From Eledone cirrhosa (lineage: Eukaryota): a stretch of DNA of 64,000 nt. Shown here piece by piece: positions 42,245 through 58,511 of this stretch. The notes beneath the pieces are model-generated. The model was not told where the DNA came from and made no database searches. It worked only from the letters and a program-made list of their open reading frames with translations. The first letter of the stretch is position 1. Every line of letters begins with the position of its first letter. The translations under genes and the position numbers were made by a program. The stretch covers positions 23,498,001 through 23,562,000 of the forward strand of contig OZ024760.1 in NCBI GenBank assembly GCA_964016885.1, read 5' to 3'.

Positions 42245-45240
42245 AAAGGGATACAGAGGGAGGGGCAGAAAGAAAGGGGATTAGAGAGGAAGATAAATAT
42301 AGTGATGTGGATAGAGAGAGGGAGAAAGAGAGAGTAGAGAGAGAGACAGTAGAGAGGGAGGGGTAGAAGGAGAGGCGATTAGAGAGAGAAATGGTAGAGA
42401 GATAGGGGGATACATAGAGAAAGATGAATAGAGAGGGGTAGAGAGAGAATGAAGGGAATAGAGAGAGAGTAAGGTAGAGAGAAAGGGGTGATAGAAAGAG
42501 AGAGGGGAGCTAGAGAGAGAGGAAGATAAAGAGAAAGAGGTGATAGAAAGAGAGTGGGGAGCTAGAGAGAGAGGAAGATAGAGATAAAGTAGAGAGAGGA
42601 GGTGGAGGACGCTGGAGATCGAGAAATATGGGGGAAGAGTTACAGTGTGGTAAAAGGGAAACGACGTACTTAACTTTATATTGACTAATTGAAGAGTACT
42701 GTCGTATAGAGAGTGCTAATGTGTGTAGGGTGGTTGTGTGGGGTGAGTGGTGTGTGTGTGGATGGGTGTGATAGGGTGGGTGAGTGTGTTTGTGGGTGTG
42801 TGAGTGTGTGTGAGTGGGTGGAGGCTGGGTGGGTATGAGTGGGTGAGGTGGATGAGATGGGTTGGGTGAGTGTGTTTGTGGGTGTCAGTGGGTGAGGTGG
42901 AGTGGGTGAGTGTGTTTGTGGTTGTGAGTGGGTGGGGGCGTATGGGAGGTCCGTGTATGTGTGAGTGAGTAGGTGGGGTGGTTGGTTGAGCGCGCGTGTG
43001 TGTGTGTGTCAGTGTGTGTGTATGTGTGAGAGAGACAGTGTGTGAGTGTGTGTGTGTGTGTGTGTGAGAGAGTTTCTGAGTGTGTGTGTGTGAGAGTGTG
43101 TCACAGAGAATGTGTGTGTGTGTGTGCTTGCGTGTGTAAGAGACAGAGGGTGTGTGTATGTGTGTGAGTGTGTATCTGTGCTTGCGTGCGTGTGTGTGTG
43201 TATGTGAGTGTGTGTATGTGTAGGTGCATGTTTGTGAGAGAGAGAGAGAGAGAGGGTGTGTGTGCGATTGTGTGTGTACATGTGTGCATGTGAGTAACTG
43301 TGTGTGTATGTGAGTAACTGTTTGTGTCAGTATATTTCAGTATGTGTACATGCGTGTGTGTGTGTACGTTCACATGGGTGTGTGAGTATGCGCATGTGTG
43401 TACGTGAGTGTGTGTGTGAGTGTGTGTGTGTGTAAGGGAGAGATAGTGAGGGAATGAAGCAGCAATCGATAACTGATATAAAAAGTGTGTGATTATACAC
43501 ACACACACGCCCATACACACATATATATCCATAGATATACACGTAAATATATATATATATATATATGTGTGTGTGTATGTGTGTGTATATATACATAGAC
43601 ATTCACGTAGACATATATATACATATACGCAATGAATCCTACATATATTCTTACATTCGCACATGCATACGTACATACGTACATACATATATACATATAT
43701 TAATGCATACATACATATATATATACACACATACATAGATGCATACATACATCCATACATATATAGATAATACATAAATATATACACACATACATACATT
43801 AATACATTCGTACATACATATATATATTTTTACATACATACACACACACACACATACACACATACATACATACATAATACACGCACACAGAAACCATTGT
43901 AAGGACTACCTACTTTACTCGGCAACAAATAAAGCAAGCACACACACACACATATAGACACACATATTCACACACACACGCATTTACACACACGCACACA
44001 CACATTCACACACATTCATACACACACACATTCACACACACATTCACACACACGCAGGCACACACATAGGCACACATTCACACACACATTCACACACACA
44101 ATCACACACACACGCACATTCAGACACACACATATACACACATTCACACACACACATACACACACATTCACACACACATTCACACACAAACACACACATT
44201 CACAGAAACAGTCACAGACGCACACACACACACACATTCAGACACACACATATATACACATACATTCACATTTATACACGTACACACGCGTGTACACACA
44301 CACACATATATACAAACACATGTGTGCACACACACTGACATGCGCACGCATGTACAGACACACACACATATTCTCATGTACACACGTGCATTCACATCTA
44401 CATACACATATGTGCACACGCACTGACATGCGCACGCATACTGACATGCGCACGTACTCACACACATATATAAATACTTAAATGTACTCACATATACACT
44501 TGCAACTCACCTACACACACGCAAATATGTACACACATACACTCTCACATGTACACACACACATCTGTACACACACATATGTACACACAGATACTCACAC
44601 ACACATGTACACAGGCACACGTGTATACACACACACACGTACACATATACAGACGCTCATGTACACACACACCCACACGTACACATACACACACATGTGC
44701 ACATACACACACATGTACACACATACACACACATGCACACATATTCACACGCATGTACACATACATACACTTGCACATATACATATACACTCATACACAC
44801 ACACATGTGTATACATACACACATGTAAACATATACACACATGTACACACACATGTAAACATACACATACATGTACACACACACAGGCACACCCCCACCC
44901 ATGTACACACACACACATGTACACAAACATGTACACAAGCACTCATATTTGATGCATTAACAGGCATGCCCCCTTTTCCACACTACCTCCAAGATTAAAC
45001 AAACTACATAAAGCAGATAGCAACAACAACAACAACAACAATAGTGACGACAACAACATCAACAGCAATAACAACAACAATAACAACAACGGCAACAACA
45101 ACAACATATGTCCAACAACTATGCTATAAAACAATAAAAACAACATACAGAACTATAAGACTGACTTCTACAACAACAACACCATCATCAATATATATAA
45201 CAGCAGCAATTATATACACAACACACATATATATATACAA

Positions 45241-45299
<59 letters not shown>

Positions 45300-46662
45300 A
45301 CGTATATATAGAGCATATATTATATTTACAACCATACCAACATATGCAACAACAACGACAGCCTGTACAACAACAACAACAACAACAACAACGGCAGTAT
45401 GAAATAAGAAATCCACTACAACCACCGCAACAACAACAGTAACAATTACAATAACAAGAGCAACAACGACGGCAATAACTACAATAACAACAATAACAAC
45501 AGTAACAACAATAAATTCAAGAGCAACAACAACAAAAGCATTAACAGTAAAAACAACAAAGCATTAACAACAACAAAGACAACAATAACAATAATAATTG
45601 TTTCTTTTATTTGCCACAATAACAATTATCACAAGAACAACAACAATAACAACAATGTTGATAATAATAATAATAACAATAATAACAATAATAATAATAA
45701 TAATAATAATAACAGCAATTACAACAAAAACACACGTGAACAAACAGCACATGCAACAAACGAGAAACAATTCGGAATCACTCAACACAGGTTTATAGTT
45801 GGGGAAGTGCTGAAACAAAGCGATGCTGAAACGTTTCATCTCCAATACCACCACCACCACTACCATCCAACACCACCCCACACTGCACCATACACCCTCT
45901 ACCACCCCACATCTTCCCCTACACCTTATATCCTGGCTCCTTCATCAACCTCAGCCGCCGCCACCACTGCCTTTAACGTCGCCACCTTCCTTTACCAATT
46001 CAACGTAGAATTGTCTTTGCAGAATTAGGCATTCAACATTCCGTTGCATTTTATTGAATGCAACCATGTTGCACATTGCACAGGTACAAAAGGTTTTAAT
46101 GCAGTGGAGCAAGCGAGACAAAGAGGGTGGTGGAGAGGGAGAGATAGAGGGGAGGGGAGTGGTGCACAGAGATGAAGTAAGGCAGAGTGGCAGAGAGAGG
46201 GGGATATAAATGAGAGAGAAGAAATAGTGAGGAAGAACGTTGACGAACGAGAGGGAAAATATCTTAGAATAGAGGGAGGTAGATAGTTATATTGATAGAT
46301 AGATATATAGATATAGATATAGAGTGGGTGAGAGAGTGGCAGTAGAGAAGGGGGGATATCGGAGAAAGGGAGAGTGAGACAGACGATGAGAAAGAGGGAG
46401 GATGGGCAGGCAAGGAGACGGTATCAGTGACTGAGAGAGGGGGGAGAGACATTTATACAAGGAATAATAATGGATAGAAAATGGAGAATGTGAAGGATAT
46501 AGAGATTGAGGCAGCAAGTGTGTGACGAAAGAAGGATATATATATATGTGTGTGTGTGTATATATATATATTTATATATATATATTTATATATATATATA
46601 TATACACACACAAGTGACTATTACACTCACACACACAAACAATATATATGTGTATATATATT

Positions 46663-46835
46663 TATTCAATGATATTAAATAAATGGAAACTATATTTATA
46701 AAACCTTATTTATTCTATTATATATATTTCAAGGGTACCAAAACTTTGGTACGCTCTCATCAGATAAAATATACGGTTTATTTCATAAATTTTGACATAA
46801 CCAAGTAAAGATACCTTAACGGTTCAAGTTTTTCT
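46663..46835 (-). mobile_element. Family B variant with complete HHR (~46710-46770)
   Basis: Minus: attttat-CTGATGA-gagcgtacc..ggtaccctt-GAAAT-atat-ATA-atagaat. Confidence 0.65.
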
Positions 46836-47188
46836 TGTATATGTATATATATATATATATATATACAGAGAGAGAGAAAGAGAGAGAGATAGAGAGAGAG
46901 AAATAGCGAGATATATATATATATAGAGAGAGAAATAACGATATATATATATATAGAGAGAGAAATGGCGATATATATATACATATAGAGAGAGAGAGAA
47001 ATAGCGATATATATATATATATAGGAGAGAGAGAGAGAGAAATAGCGATATATATATATATATAGAGAGAGAGAGAAATAGCGATATATATATATAGAGA
47101 GAGAGAGATAGAGAGAGAAAGGGTAAAATAGGAAGGAGAGGGAGATTCATATAGCAAGTGTGTGACGAAAGAATGAGAGAGGGGTAAC

Positions 47189-47627
47189 TATATAGAGTGA
47201 AAGATTTATACGAGAGATAATCATAGAGAGAAAGGGGAAAATAAAGGAGAGGCAGGGGGAGAATGGCATAGTGCAACGACTGTATCACTAGTGAAAGTAG
47301 GATATTAAGAGAAAGAAAGAGTGAGAGAGTGGGAAATATATAGAGTGAAAGATTTATACGAGAGATAATCATAGAGAGAAAGGGGAAAATGAAGGAGAGG
47401 CAGGGGGAGAATGACATAGTGCAACGACTGTATCACTAGTGAAAGTAGGATATTAAGAGAAAGAAAGAGTGAGAGAGTGGGAAATATATAGAGTGAAAGA
47501 TTTATACGAGAGATAATCATAGAGAGAAAGGGGAAAATGAAGGAGAGGCAGGGGGAGAATGACATAGTGCAACGACTGTATCACTAGTGAAAGTAGGATA
47601 TTAAGAGAAAGAAAGAGTGAGAGAGTG
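47189..47627. repeat. Three tandem 148-bp purine-rich units
   Basis: tagagtgaaagatttatacgagag recurs at 148-bp spacing (47341, 47489). Confidence 0.9.
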
Positions 47628-47659
47628 GAAGGCAGATGGTTTGGATGGGGATGGTGATA

Positions 47660-48850
47660 ATCACATAGGTGTGTAGGACAGGTGAGTACAGGTGTGTAGC
47701 GTAGCTGGGTATAGGGTGGGGGGTAGATGTTTGTAGAGTATATATAGGTGTGTAGCATAGCTGGGTATAGGGTTAGGGGTAGATGTGTTAGAGGTAGGTT
47801 GGGTGGGTGGATATAGGTGTGTAGCGTAGCTGGGTATAGGGTGGGGGTAGATGTGTTAGACGTTATAGGTGTGTAGGACAGGTGAGTACAGGTGTGTAGC
47901 GTAGCTGGGTATAGGTTGGGGGGGGTAGATGTGTTAGTGGTGTGTAGGGCAGGTGAGTACAAGTGTGTAGCGTAGCTGGGTATAGGTTGGGGGGGGGGTA
48001 GATGTGTTAGTGGTGTGTAGGGCAGGTGAGTACAAGTGTGTAGCGTAACTGGGTATAGGGTGGGGGGTAGATGTGTTAGAGGTGTGTAGGGCAGGTGAGT
48101 ACAGGTGTGTAGCGTAGCTGGGTATAGAGTGGGGGGAGGGGGTAGATGTATTAGAGGTGGGTAGGGTGGGTGGATATAGGTGGGTAGGGCAGGTGAGTAC
48201 AGGTGTGTAGCGTAGCTGGGTATAGGGTTGGGGGTAGATGTGTGTAGGGGTGGGTGGATATAGGTGTGTAGGGCAGGTGAGTACAGGTGTGTAGCGTAGC
48301 TGGGTATAGGGTTGGGGGTAGATGTGTGTAGGGTGGGTGGATATAGGTGTGTAGGGCAGGTGAGTACAGGTGTGTAGCGTAGCTGGGTATAGGGTGGGGG
48401 TAGATGTGTTAGAGGTTATAGGTGTGTAGGGCAGGTGAATACAGGTGTGTAGCGTAGCTGGGTATAGGGTGGGGGTAGATGTGTGTTCAGGTGGGTTGGG
48501 TGGGTGGATATAGGTGTGTAGCGTAGCTGGGTATAGGGGTGGGGGTAGATGTGTGTACAGGTGGGTAGGGTGGGTGTGGATATTGGTGTGTAGGGCAGCT
48601 GGTTATAGGTCTGTAGGGGAGGTGGGTATAGGTGTGTAGGGGAGGTGAGTACAGCTATGTAGGATAGGTGGGTATATGTGTGTAGGGAGGGGGTAGGTGT
48701 GTAGTACAACTGGTTATAGGGGTGTAGGGGAGGTGGGTACAGGTATGTAGGATAGGTAGGTACAGGTGTGTTGGGTGGGGCGTAGGTGTGTAGTACAGGT
48801 GGGTATAGGTGTGTAGTGTGGGTGGGCAGAGGAGTGTAGGACATGTGTGT
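47660..48850. repeat. G-rich complex minisatellite
   Basis: Modules aggtgtgtagcgtagctgggtatagggtggggg and gggcaggtgagtac. Confidence 0.85.
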
Positions 48851-49579
48851 AGAGGTGTGTTGGGTTATGTCTACGTGTATGTTTAGATGTATGTATAGAT
48901 ATGTGTGTAGATATATGTGTATAGATGTGTGTGTGTAGATGTATGTGTAAAGGTATGTATATAGATGTATGTGTAGATATATGTTTAAATGTGTGTGTGT
49001 AGATGTATGTGTATAGATGTATGTATGTAATGTATATGTGTAGATGTAAGTGTAAATGTCTGTAGATGTATGTCTAAATGTATGTATGTAGAATTTATGT
49101 GTTTATGTATGTGTATATGTATATGTATGATGGTAGATGTGTGTGTTTATGTATGTATGTAGATGTATGTGTAAATGTATGTATGTAGATGTATGTGTTT
49201 ATGTATGTGTATATATATATGTATGATGGTAGATGTGTGTGTTTATGTATGTATGTAGATGTGTGTGTAAATGTATGTATGTGGATGTATGTGTAAATGT
49301 ATGTATGTAGATGTATGTGTTTAGATCTGTGTGTAAATCGATAGGAAGATCGAAGGTGGTTATATAGCGAGATGGGCGTCTATTTCGTTGGTGAGCTCTC
49401 TAGAAATGAGATCGTTAAATGAATTGGTTTGTTGGAAGGTAAGATCACTGGAAAATATTTTGAACTGTTGTTGTTGTTACTGTTGCTGTTTAGACGCAGT
49501 TCACCCCAATTTCAGTGAACTTGTGGTCAAGATCACTCCATCCTTTGCTTTCTAGTTATATAATATTATTTCTGATTAG

Positions 49580-49882
49580 AGCCCGAGGTTAACTTTGCCT
49601 TTCATCCTTACGGGGTCGATAAAATAAAGTACCAGTAATGTACTGGATAATTGCTGGCCTTGTGCCTAAAGTAGAAACAATTATTTCTGATTAGAGCGTG
49701 GATTGGCAGTATCGGTAAGGGTCGGACGCCATGCTTTGACGAATGGAGTTACAGCCTTTGCCATTCTGAGTTCAAATCCCGCCGAGGTTAACTTTGCCTT
49801 TCATCCTTACGGGGTCAATAAAATAAAGTGCCAGTAATGTACTGTGCAATTTGCTCGCCTTGTGCCAACAGTAGAAACAATT
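49580..49882 (+). mobile_element. Partial plus full tRNA-derived SINE
   Basis: Same A/B boxes and body as the copy at 29731. Confidence 0.85.
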
Positions 49883-49909
49883 CGTAAGTTGTGATGTTGC
49901 TATTCCATT

Positions 49910-50409
49910 CATGTTTTTCTATTTAAATAGAAAACATGAATGAATAGCAATGAAAACATGAATGAATCACAACTTAGAATTAAGGACAAAATGAAAAGAC
50001 ACACACACATAGAACAAACAACCAACCAGTAACATGTAAATAAACAAATAAATAAACAAATAAAAACACACAGAAACACGCGGATGTAACACATACGCAA
50101 ACTAAGCACACAACACACACAAAAACAAGATGGCGTAGGGCAAAACAAAGGAGAGGCACAAAACAAAGAAAAGAATCCCCAGTCACTGAAGTGGTCGCAT
50201 AATGTGTGACGAGAGAACTTTGACAATATATGAACAACCGTCCGGTTGTGGAACCAACCAACCAGCCGGAAATTTAATTTATAATAAATTGGAGTGAGAG
50301 CAACTGGAGAGTGTTTTCTTATTGGCAACATGCTCCTTTCAAAGTATAACAATATCGGTTTCAACACACGTTTTCAGATAAAGAATGTTGCTAAACAAAT
50401 TCAGAAACG

Positions 50410-50412
<3 letters not shown>
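49910..50412 (+). mobile_element. Family E, longest copy (HHR-like motif at 50182-50224)
   Basis: Matches 12061-12388 and ends with the same tail followed by (TA)n. Confidence 0.65.
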
Positions 50413-50468
<56 letters not shown>

Positions 50469-50547
50469 TATATATATATATATATATATATTCATATATA
50501 TATATATATATATATATTCATATATATTATATATATATATATATATA

Positions 50548-50614
<67 letters not shown>

Positions 50615-50632
50615 GTCTATATATATATATAT

Positions 50633-50663
<31 letters not shown>

Positions 50664-50686
50664 ATAATATTTATATATATATATAT

Positions 50687-50886
50687 NNNNNNNNNNNNNN
50701 NNNNNNNNNNNNNNNNNNNNNNNNNNNNNNNNNNNNNNNNNNNNNNNNNNNNNNNNNNNNNNNNNNNNNNNNNNNNNNNNNNNNNNNNNNNNNNNNNNNN
50801 NNNNNNNNNNNNNNNNNNNNNNNNNNNNNNNNNNNNNNNNNNNNNNNNNNNNNNNNNNNNNNNNNNNNNNNNNNNNNNNNNNNNNN
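50687..50886. other. Assembly gap (200 N)
   Basis: Run of N. Confidence 1.
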
Positions 50887-51105
50887 CATGGCGTCCGACC
50901 CTCTACTGATACTGCCAATCCCCGCCCTTATATATATATAGTAATAATAATAAATTTGAAGACTAAAATCCCAATATATATATATGTGTATATATATATA
51001 TACATCTATATATAAGTATGTCTATAGATATAGATATACATATATATATAAGTATGTCTATATATATATATATATATAGTTATAAGTATATATATATAAG
51101 TATCA

Positions 51106-51138
<33 letters not shown>

Positions 51139-51494
51139 CATATATACATATATATATTTATATATACATCTATATATAAGTATGTCTCTCTCTCTCTCTA
51201 TATATATATACACATCTATATATAAGTATGTCTCTCTCTCTCTATATGTATATATATATATATACATCTATATATAGTATGTCTCTCTATATATATATAT
51301 ATAAATACACATCTATATATAAGTATGTCTCTCTCTCTATATATATATATATTCTACTTGAGACTACCTACCATTAGTCACATTGAATACTAGCGTATAT
51401 ATTCTTTGTTTTCTTTGTACAATGGAGTCTTTGTAGTTAGCTAAGTTACCACCATTTTGAATGTCTTTTGTGTGTGTATGTCTCCTTCTCTCGA

Positions 51495-51538
<44 letters not shown>

Positions 51539-52105
51539 GTAAGTATGAGAGTATATGCCTGTGTGTGTGTGTTTATGACCGTTGCAATGTGAGGTGAATG
51601 AGAAAAATTAAGTGAAACTCTCAATGATAAAAACAAAACAAATATACCTCATAGAAATTAGAAAGAAAAAGATAAAATAAAACGGAGAGGAAGAAAAAAT
51701 AGACGGAAATGTAAGAAAATACAAAAGCTTTAGAAAACAATAAGTAAAAATATAATATAAAAAAAAAACATTAAATAAATGTCAGAAATTATAGAATAAA
51801 ACGTATAAAAAAGCCAAAGAAAAGTAGAAGAAGATAAGAAAGAGAGAGTAGTAACGACAAACAACGGAGTTAGACTCAGTCATATGTATAACCGGTTAGT
51901 AGGAAAAAATTCGCCATTTTGACAAGATGTGTGCCGTAAAGGTGGAAGGAACCAGCAAAAGTGAAAACCCGAAATGTGTACATATAAACATATGTATACA
52001 TACACGTAGACTCATACACATATATGTATACATACAGACATATTCACGGTCACACACTCACACACACACAAACATATATATATATGTGTGTGTTTATTTA
52101 TGTGA

Positions 52106-52138
<33 letters not shown>

Positions 52139-52245
52139 CATACATATACAAATATATATATATACGAGTATATATATATATGAATATTCATTACTATGTA
52201 TCTTCATACATAAATGCTTCTATACACGCACACACACACATACAT

Positions 52246-52305
<60 letters not shown>

Positions 52306-52307
<2 letters not shown>

Positions 52308-52497
52308 CGAAGGAATTATGATTAAGGAACCAGATGGACCATAACGCACCACACATTACTCAATACTTAGGGTAGTAGAGTGGGTAATAGGAAAAGGTAT
52401 GACCCCGACGGCAGAGCCGGAGCCCTTTCGACGGCTATTTCTGGACTGAAGTAGCCGTCGAAACGGCTTGAGCTCTGCCGTCGGGGTCATAGCTTTT

Positions 52498-52500
<3 letters not shown>
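52306..52500. mobile_element. Family D palindromic mini-element, variant closest to the PLE terminus at 8137
   Basis: aggaaaaggtatgaccccgacggcagagc..tttcgacggctatttctggact, compared with 8137 aggaaaaagtatgaccccctacggcagagctcaagccgtttcgacggctatttctggact. Confidence 0.85.
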
Positions 52501-52577
<77 letters not shown>

Positions 52578-53748
52578 ATGCCCTTTCGTGTTCGTGTGTG
52601 GAAACATAAAGAGAGATTGAGAGAGGGAGATTGAGTGATAGAGAAAGACAGACAGAGTAAGACAGAGAGAGAGGGTGAGAGATAGATAGGGAAATAGAAA
52701 GTAAGAGATATAGAGTGATAGGGAGACAGTGAGAGATAGAGAGATATAGAGAGAAAGTAAGAGATATAGAGTGATAGGGAGACAGTGAGAGATAGAGAGA
52801 TATAGAGAGACAGTTAGAGAGAGAGAGATTTAGAGAGAGTAAGAGATAGAGAGAGGAATTGAGAGGGAGAGAGAGAGATAGTGATAGAGAAACAGTGATT
52901 ATATATGAGGGAGAAATAGAGAGAAAGTCAGACATATAGAGAGATATAGAGAGACAGTTAGAGATAGATAGAGAGATTTAGAGAGAGTAAGAGATAGAGA
53001 GAGAAATTGAGAGCGAGAGAGAGAGCGAGAAATAGAGAGAGAGAGAAAGTGAGATAGTGATAGAGAAACAGTGAGAGATAGAGAGAGAAATAGAGAGAAA
53101 GTTAGAGATATAGAGAGAGATAGAGAGAAAGTGAGAGATAGAGAATGAAAGAGAGACAGTGAGAGTTAGAGAGAGAGAAAGTAAGATATATATAGAGAGA
53201 AATTGAGAGTGAGAGATAGAGAGAGATAGAAAGAAGTGGAGACAGTGTGTGAAGGTCTTTACTTTTATATATGTGTGTGGAGGGGGGGGGGGTGTGAATG
53301 AAATAAAAAACTGTCTGCATGTGATTTTGTATTTGTGTGTATATGCTTGCATAAAAGAGAGTGGGTGTATATGTGTATGTGTGTGTATGAAACAGAGGTG
53401 TGTGTGTGTGATAAAGAAGGCGTGTGTGTATGTATGTGGGAATGAGAATGCGTGTGTATATGAATGTGTATTAGAGAGTGCATGTGCGTGTGTAAGTATA
53501 TGTATAAAAGAGAATGTGCGCATGTGTGTGTTAAAGAGATGGTGTATAAAACATAAGGAGTATGTTTGTGTGTATATGTGTGGATAAAATTCAATGAGTG
53601 TAAGTGTGTGTGTATATGTGTGAGTTATGTTATGGGTATATGTGTATATGTGTGTTAAAGAGAGTGTATGCATGTGTCTATAAAAAAGAGCGAGTGTGTG
53701 ATAATGTTTATATGTATGTATACAAGGGAGTGTGTGTATGAGTGTGTA

Positions 53749-53811
<63 letters not shown>

Positions 53812-53995
53812 ATATGTGCTAGTGTATATATATATATATGTGTGTATATGTGTATATTTGCTAGTGTATACATATATATATATGCGTATATTTGGTAGTG
53901 TATAAATATATATATGCGTATATTTGCCAATGTATAGATATATATATATGTATATGTACTAGTGTATATATATATATGTGTGTGTATATGTGCTA

Positions 53996-54037
<42 letters not shown>

Positions 54038-54113
54038 ATATGTACTAGTGTATATATATATGGTAGTGTATATATGCTAGTGTATATATATATATGTGTG
54101 TGTATATGTGCTA

Positions 54114-54167
<54 letters not shown>

Positions 54168-54381
54168 ATATATGTGTGTATATGTACAAGTGTATATATA
54201 TATGGTAGTGTGTATATGCTAGTGTATATATATATATATATATGTGTGTATATGTGCTAGTGTGTGTGTATATATATATATATACATACATATATGTTTG
54301 TATATGTACTAGTGTATATATATATATGGTAGTGTATATATGCTAGTGTATATATATATATATATGTGTGTATATGTGCTA

Positions 54382-54420
<39 letters not shown>

Positions 54421-54664
54421 TCTGTGTATATGTACTAGTGTATATATATATGCTAGTGTATATATATATATATGTATATGTACTAGTGTATATGTATGGT
54501 AGTGTATATATGCTAGTGTATATATATATGTGTGTATATATGCGAGTGTATATATATATATATGTGTTACGGAAGTTAGCAACAACAGACTTTAATTGTT
54601 GCTCAATTAATCGTGAGACAATCACATTTTAAACAGATGTGTGTGAAGTACAAACGAATGATTG

Positions 54665-54746
<82 letters not shown>

Positions 54747-54747
54747 G

Positions 54748-54804
<57 letters not shown>

Positions 54805-55213
54805 GTATATGTATATATATATATGTATATATATATATGTATATGTATATATATATATATGTATGTATATATATGTATATATATATATGTATATATATAT
54901 ATATGTATATGTATATATATATATATGTATATATGTATATGTATATATATGTATGTATATATATATATATATATATGTATAAACATATATATATATAGAT
55001 ACATACATATATATATACATACATATATATATATATATATATACATACATATATATATATATATACATACATACATATATATACATATATATATATATAC
55101 ATACATACATATATATATATACATATAAACATATATATATATGTATATATACATATAAACATATATATATATATATGTATATATACATACATACATATAT
55201 ATATATACATATA

Positions 55214-55249
<36 letters not shown>

Positions 55250-55250
55250 C

Positions 55251-55299
<49 letters not shown>

Positions 55300-55369
55300 A
55301 ACATATATATATATATATATACATACCTACATATATATATATGTATATATATATATACATACATACATA

Positions 55370-55439
<70 letters not shown>

Positions 55440-55441
55440 CC

Positions 55442-55489
<48 letters not shown>

Positions 55490-55491
55490 CC

Positions 55492-55525
<34 letters not shown>

Positions 55526-56299
55526 CATACATACATATATATGTGTATATATATATATATATATTGTTATACTTTGGGAGGGTCATGTTGCCAATAATAT
55601 ATATATATATATATGTATTATATATATGTATATATATATACATATATATATATATACATATATACATATATATATATACATACATATATACATATATATA
55701 TATACATATACATATATATATATATACATACATATATACATATATATATATACATATACATACATATACATATATACTTATATATATATATATATATATA
55801 TATAAAGCGAGAGGGTTAGAGGGAGATAAAAGTCTTGTCTTGCTTCAACTCCACATTAAAAATAAGATTATGAGAAAGGAAAGGAGATTGTGAAACTAAT
55901 GATGTGAGTAGGAGAAAAGGGGGTTGGATAGAGAGGGGGAGAGGGACAGGGGAGAGAGAGAGGGGGAGGAGAAGGTGCTAGAAAGTGATTGGAATGGTGA
56001 AAATGATGATGTATGAGGAAGAATGGGGGCATATGATTGAGCAGAATATAGAGAGACAGGTAGAAGAAACACCTGATGGAGAGATAGAGAGATATACGGT
56101 TATATATATTATATATATATATATAGAGAGAGAGAGAGGAGGAGGGAAATAGAGAAAGAGAAAGAGAGAGAATGAAAGAGTGACATGGAGAGAGTTTGTG
56201 AGAGAGAGAAACGGAGAGTAAGAGAGAGAGATAAACAGAAAGAAGAGGGGAGAGTAAGAAAGAGATTGAGAGAGAGAGAAACAGAGAGTAAGAGGCAAA

Positions 56300-56497
56300 G
56301 AGAGACAGAGAAAGGAAGAGAGAGTAAAGAAGCTACCGAGAGAGAGAGAGAAGAAAGTAGTGAGAGAAAGAGAGAGTAGAGAAGCGAGAGTGAGAGAGAG
56401 AGAGTAAATAAGCTGCAGAGGGAGAGTAGAGAAGCTACAGAGAGAGAGAGAGAGAGAGAGAGAGCGAAAGTAAATAAGCTGCAGAGAGAGAGAGAGA

Positions 56498-56532
<35 letters not shown>

Positions 56533-57241
56533 AAGAGGCTTCCGAGTGAGAGAGAGAGAGTAAAGAAGCTTCCGAGAGAGAGAGTAAAGAAGCTACCAAA
56601 AGACAGAAGGAGTAAGAGAATAACATATATATAGAGAGAGAGTAAAGAAGCTACAGACAGAGATAGAGAGAGAGAGAGAGAGAGTAAAGAAACTACAGAC
56701 AGAGAGAGAGATAGAATAACGAAGCTACAGACAGAGAGAGTGAGAGAGTAAGAGAGAGTAAAGAAGCTAGAGACGGAGAGAATGAGAGAGTAATAGAGAG
56801 TAAAGAAGCTACAGACAGAGAGAGTGGGAGAGTAAGAGAGAGAAAAGAAGCTACAGACGGAGAGAATGAGAGAGTAAGAGAGAGTAAAGAAGCTACAGAC
56901 GGAGAGAATGAGAGAGTAAGAGAGAGTAAAGAAGCTACAGACAGAGAGAGTGAGAGAGTGAGAGAGTAAGAGAGAGTAAAGAAGCTACAGACAGAGAGAG
57001 TGAGAGAGTAAGAGAGAGTAAAGAAGCTACAGACAGAGAGAGTGAGAGAGTAAGAGAGAGTAAAGAAGCTACAGACGGAGAGAATGAGAGAGTAAGAGAG
57101 AGTAAAGAAGCTACAGACAGAGAGAGTGAGAGAGTAAGAGAGAGTAAAGAAGCTAGAGACGGAGAGAATGAGAGAGTAATAGAGAGTAAAGAAGCTACAG
57201 ACAGAGAGAGTGGGAGAGTAAGAGAGAGTAAAGAAGCTACC

Positions 57242-57292
<51 letters not shown>

Positions 57293-57630
57293 AAGAAGCT
57301 ACCGACTTAGAGAGAGAGAGTAAAGTAGCTACCGACTGAGAGAGAGAGAGAGTAAAGAAGCTACAGACAGAGAGAGAGAGAGAGAGAGAGTAAGAGAGAG
57401 TAAAAAAGCTACCGACAGACAGAGAAGGACTAAGAGAGTAAGATATATATATATATCTATCTATAGAGAGAGAGAGAGCGAGAGAGACTGTAAAGAAGCT
57501 ACCGACTGAGAGAGAGAGAGTAAAGACGCTACAGACAGAGACATAGAGAGAGAGAGGGAGAGTAAGAGAGAGTAAAGAAGCTACAGACAGACACAGACAC
57601 AGAGAGAGAGAGAGAGTAAAGAAGCTAGAG
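56300..57630. repeat. Purine-rich minisatellite (gagagtaaagaagctacagac..., ~42-bp core)
   Basis: Direct reading. Confidence 0.85.
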
Positions 57631-57964
57631 TAGTGGTGTTATTGTAGTAGGGGGGAAGTAGAATTAACGGTGAGAAGATTTGAGTTGGTGTAAAGAACAA
57701 AGCGATCAGATGGTGTATCGATAGTGACAATAATCAGACAAGATAGAAGACGATGTGAGAGATTGATTGACCAATAGTTATGTCCGACTCTTTATACTTC
57801 GTTAGTTTCTGCAGCAGTTTGCTCTATGGAAGCTGTTCAACGGATACGTAGAAGACACACACAGGAACGCAGCCATTTATATACGTATATATACACACAG
57901 AAAAGAAACCAATGCATAAATGCATAAGTATATATGCGCACGCGTATATATATATATATATATA

Positions 57965-58137
57965 TGTAAAGTTATATTTAAAATTGTTGGGTTACAACTA
58001 GTAAATATTTATAACTGATATAAAAGCACTCGACAAATACTTGGAGTATATTTACAATATTAAATAAATGGAAAACTATATTTATAAAACCATATTTATT
58101 TCATTATATATATTTCGGGGATATCATATTATTTAAT

Positions 58138-58140
<3 letters not shown>
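57965..58140 (-). mobile_element. Family B 3' fragment with tail
   Basis: Matches 4884-5050. Confidence 0.75.
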
Positions 58141-58183
<43 letters not shown>

Positions 58184-58235
58184 TATATATATATATATAC
58201 ATATATATATATGTGTGTGTGTGTGTGTAGGTATA

Positions 58236-58311
<76 letters not shown>

Positions 58312-58422
58312 CACACAGTCATACACATGCAAACAAACGTATCCATACATACATACATACCTACAAACACATGCACTTATTGACACATACATGCATATAT
58401 ACATAGACACATACATACACAG

Positions 58423-58511
<89 letters not shown>

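Noticed and set aside
46012-46090. Possible small exon (ctttgcag...cag|gtac)
   Set aside because: Weak splice signals, an unrecognisable peptide and no partner exons.
46900-47095. gaaatagcgatatatat match to the 310-bp monomer
   Set aside because: A short, low-complexity match in a GA/TA context; probably chance.
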